Shown piece after piece: positions 61,536 through 64,000 of a stretch of DNA of 64,000 nt. The notes below the pieces were generated by a model. The model ran no database searches, was not told the origin of the DNA, and saw nothing but the letters and a program-made list of their open reading frames with translations. Each line of letters starts with the position of its first letter. Position 1 is the first letter of the stretch. Source of the stretch: a bacterium (GTDB taxonomy: Bacteria > SAR324 > XYD2-FULL-50-16); contig JAVVEA010000001.1 of assembly GCA_032250835.1 (NCBI GenBank), forward strand, positions 352,001-416,000, written 5' to 3'. Both the position numbers and the translations under genes were made by a program.

Positions 61536-62804
61536 TCAGTCCCCTTTTTTGTAAAAGCGCCATTCTTTGCCCACAATCAACCGAGAGGGCCGCCCCCTTG
61601 AGAGGTAAGCCCAGGCCCACTGGACCACCACAAAGAAACGATTTTTAAAGCCCAGCAGATAATAAATATGGATCACCAGCCAGGTGATCCAAGCAAAGAA
61701 ACCCACAAAACGCAGCGGTCCTAACTGGATGATCGCCTTGCTGCGCCCGATGGTCGCCATCTGGCCTTTATCGATATACTTAAAGGGCCTGCGTGGCTTC
61801 CCGTCCAGTTCGGCCAAAATATTCTTGGCCACCGCGCGGCCCATCTGCATGGCTACCGGAGCCATCCCCGGCAAGGGGCCGCCGGGCTGGTGCGAAAAGT
61901 TGCACTGGTCGCCGATCACAAAAACTTCGGGCTGGTCGGCCAAGCATAATTCTTCGGTCACCATGATGCGCCCGTTGCGGTCCCGTTCCACCTCAAGCGC
62001 TTTGTTCAGCCTCGTCGCCTGGACCCCGGCTCCCCACAAAACGGTTGAACAACGGATGCGTTCGTCGCCCACGGTGACGCCTTCCGCGTTGACGTCCGTT
62101 ACGGTGCTAGAGTTCCAGACCTGAACCCCTAAACTCTCCAAATCGCGCACCACCTTGCTGGCCAAGCTGGGGTGGAAACTGGGCAAAATCCGGGGGCCCG
62201 CCTCAATCAAGATCACCCGGGCCAAGGTCGGGTCGATATGGAAGAAATCTTTGGCCAAGGTATAGCGGCTCATCTCCCCGATGGCTCCGGCCAACTCCAC
62301 ACCCGTAGGGCCGCCACCGACCACAACGAAAGTCAAATGGTGCTTCTGCCGGGTTTTGTCGGTTTCTTTTTCCGCCAGTTCAAAGGCGTTTAAAACCCGG
62401 CGGCGGATTTCGGTTGCTTGTTCCAAGGTCTTTAAACCCGGCGCAAACTCTTCCCATTCTTCGTGGCCAAAATAGCTGTGCTGGACGCCGCAACCGAGCA
62501 CTAGATAGTCGTAAGGATAGCGCCCGTGTGGGGTGAGCACTGCGCGGCCCTCACGGTCCACGGCGATGACCTCGTCTTGTAAGATGCGCATGTTCGCTTG
62601 ATTCGAAAACAGCGCGCGGATCGGTTGGGCAATCTCGGCCGGACTCAGGCTGGCCATGGCTACCTGATACAGTAAGGGCTGGAAGAGGTGGTAATTACGG
62701 CGGTCAATCAAGGTGATCTCAACGCTTTTTTTATTTACCAGCGCTTTTGCGGCATTCAGCCCGGCAAATCCTCCGCCGACGATCACCACCTTTTTGCGTT
62801 CCAT
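61536..62804 (-). CDS. ndh: Type II NADH dehydrogenase family FAD oxidoreductase
   Basis: VVIVGGGFAG, HLFQPLLYQVA, VVVGGGPTGVELAG, VFVIGD, APVAMQMG, DKGQMATIGR. Confidence 0.93.
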   Translation of the reverse strand: MERKKVVIVGGGFAGLNAAKALVNKKSVEITLIDRRNYHLFQPLLYQVAMASLSPAEIAQPIRALFSNQANMRILQDEVIAVDREGRAVLTPHGRYPYDYLVLGCGVQHSYFGHEEWEEFAPGLKTLEQATEIRRRVLNAFELAEKETDKTRQKHHLTFVVVGGGPTGVELAGAIGEMSRYTLAKDFFHIDPTLARVILIEAGPRILPSFHPSLASKVVRDLESLGVQVWNSSTVTDVNAEGVTVGDERIRCSTVLWGAGVQATRLNKALEVERDRNGRIMVTEELCLADQPEVFVIGDQCNFSHQPGGPLPGMAPVAMQMGRAVAKNILAELDGKPRRPFKYIDKGQMATIGRSKAIIQLGPLRFVGFFAWITWLVIHIYYLLGFKNRFFVVVQWAWAYLSRGRPSRLIVGKEWRFYKKGD

Positions 62805-62887
62805 AGCTCTACAAGAAGAATAGTTTGGGGCCCAGTTTCGGGCCGAAGGGTTATCCTAGGCCAGAAGCCACATTCCCGCAAGAGTCC

Positions 62888-63997
62888 TTAAGGGGATTTC
62901 CCGTCTATTGTAGCAAGCTTCGCCTCGGCCTCGGGATATCCTAGGTGCGCCGCTTGGCGTAGGTATCTTTCGGCCTTGGCCGGTTCTTGTTTTAAGTAGA
63001 GTTGGTAAGCCGCCCAGGCAGCGACGGGAAGGCTGGCTGCGGCCTGCTCGACCCAACGAACGCCGATGCGCAAGTCTTCGTCATTTTGGCGGTGCTTGAC
63101 CAGCATTCGCCCCAAAGCGTACTGAGCCAAATCCAACCCCGATTTGGCGGCCTGCTGATACAGCGCACCGGCTTTGGGTAGATCGGCTACTTGCCCGAAG
63201 CCCTCTTCCATAGCCCTGCCGGCAAAATAGATCGCATAGGGATTCCCTTTTTTCACTAAAGGCCCCAACAAGGCAAAACCCCCTTTAATATCTTGCGGGG
63301 TGCCCCGACCGCTGACTAACATCCCGCCCAGGTAGGCCGCCGCGTTTTCATCGCCCTGTTGTTGAGCTTCACTAAACCAGCCAAAAGCCAAGTCATCGTT
63401 TGCCGGTAATTGCCGTCCCTCGGCAACCAGGCGGCCGATCCAAAAGGCGGCCCCAGGCTCTTTTTGTAGGTACCTTGCATAGAGCGGGCGCAACAATCGA
63501 TCTTCACGGGTCTGGTCAAAAACCGGCTCTTTTTTAAAATCATGCCGCGACTGCCCCATCAGACTCAATCGACCTTGTTCTAAGTTCCAATCGCTGGTCA
63601 GGCGCGGGCCCTGGGTCTGTAAAAAATCGCCGTCTAGGTCCTGCACTAATTGTCCCAGATGGTCGCTATCTTGGCCACTAAGGGCTTCGGCCAAAAGCGG
63701 CCATTGTTCAATGGTCAAACTGCCCAACAAGAGCCCCTGGTTAAGCCAGGAATTCAGAAAAAACCGGCCCGCATGCCCTTGATCGGTGCGGCTCAAGAAA
63801 GAAAGGTAGCCCAATTCCAGGGGGAAATCCGCACCGGAGCGACTCCGGGCCAATTTCAAGTTCAGGGCGGCCGACTGGTCGAAGTGACTTAAGCTGTCCA
63901 ACTCAAAGCGGCGCGGCCCACTCAACTGCCAAAGCAGGGCGTAGCCTTGCGTTACATCGTTCCCGCCGGTCTCGAATGCCTCGCGGATGCCCGCCAA
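62888..63997 (-). CDS. Sel1-like repeat protein (3' part; 5' end probably beyond the window)
   Basis: AFGWFSEA..QGD.NA...LG....GRG..QD; A..LYQQAA.SG...AQY.LG; YLRQAA.LG. Confidence 0.85.
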   Translation of the reverse strand: MAGIREAFETGGNDVTQGYALLWQLSGPRRFELDSLSHFDQSAALNLKLARSRSGADFPLELGYLSFLSRTDQGHAGRFFLNSWLNQGLLLGSLTIEQWPLLAEALSGQDSDHLGQLVQDLDGDFLQTQGPRLTSDWNLEQGRLSLMGQSRHDFKKEPVFDQTREDRLLRPLYARYLQKEPGAAFWIGRLVAEGRQLPANDDLAFGWFSEAQQQGDENAAAYLGGMLVSGRGTPQDIKGGFALLGPLVKKGNPYAIYFAGRAMEEGFGQVADLPKAGALYQQAAKSGLDLAQYALGRMLVKHRQNDEDLRIGVRWVEQAAASLPVAAWAAYQLYLKQEPAKAERYLRQAAHLGYPEAEAKLATIDGKSP

Positions 63998-64000
63998 GTC

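Overview
Gene-dense, moderately GC-rich bacterial chromosome segment, mostly housekeeping, from a motile Gram-negative organism. The gene set suggests a deltaproteobacteria-like or SAR324-like lineage, but this is inference only. Recognisable genes: rarA (C-terminally extended), hemW, cheZ, ftsA-ftsZ, argJ, pdxB, monomeric icd, lptB, smc, korAB, a class A PBP, yihA, coaX-ribE-ribD-fliN, class I fumarase, efp-epmA, mscS, dodecin, ndh, several signalling proteins and a partial Omp85-like gene at the left edge that the ORF track misses. I saw no tRNA, rRNA, CRISPR array, integrase, transposase or reverse transcriptase. The most notable items are: (1) a two-gene polyamine module made of a SpeD-SpeE fusion and a second, divergent pyruvoyl decarboxylase, behind a leader that may sequester its RBS; (2) two matching 24-bp palindromes bracketing a hemerythrin-DUF2249-membrane protein-TetR operon, next to an unusual NIT chemoreceptor; (3) an exact 125-bp duplication of the smc 3' end, probably an assembly join; (4) a tandem TerB-like plus DUF2225 protein; (5) several apparently degenerate pseudo-enzymes. 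All calls come from motif recognition by eye; no database searches were run.
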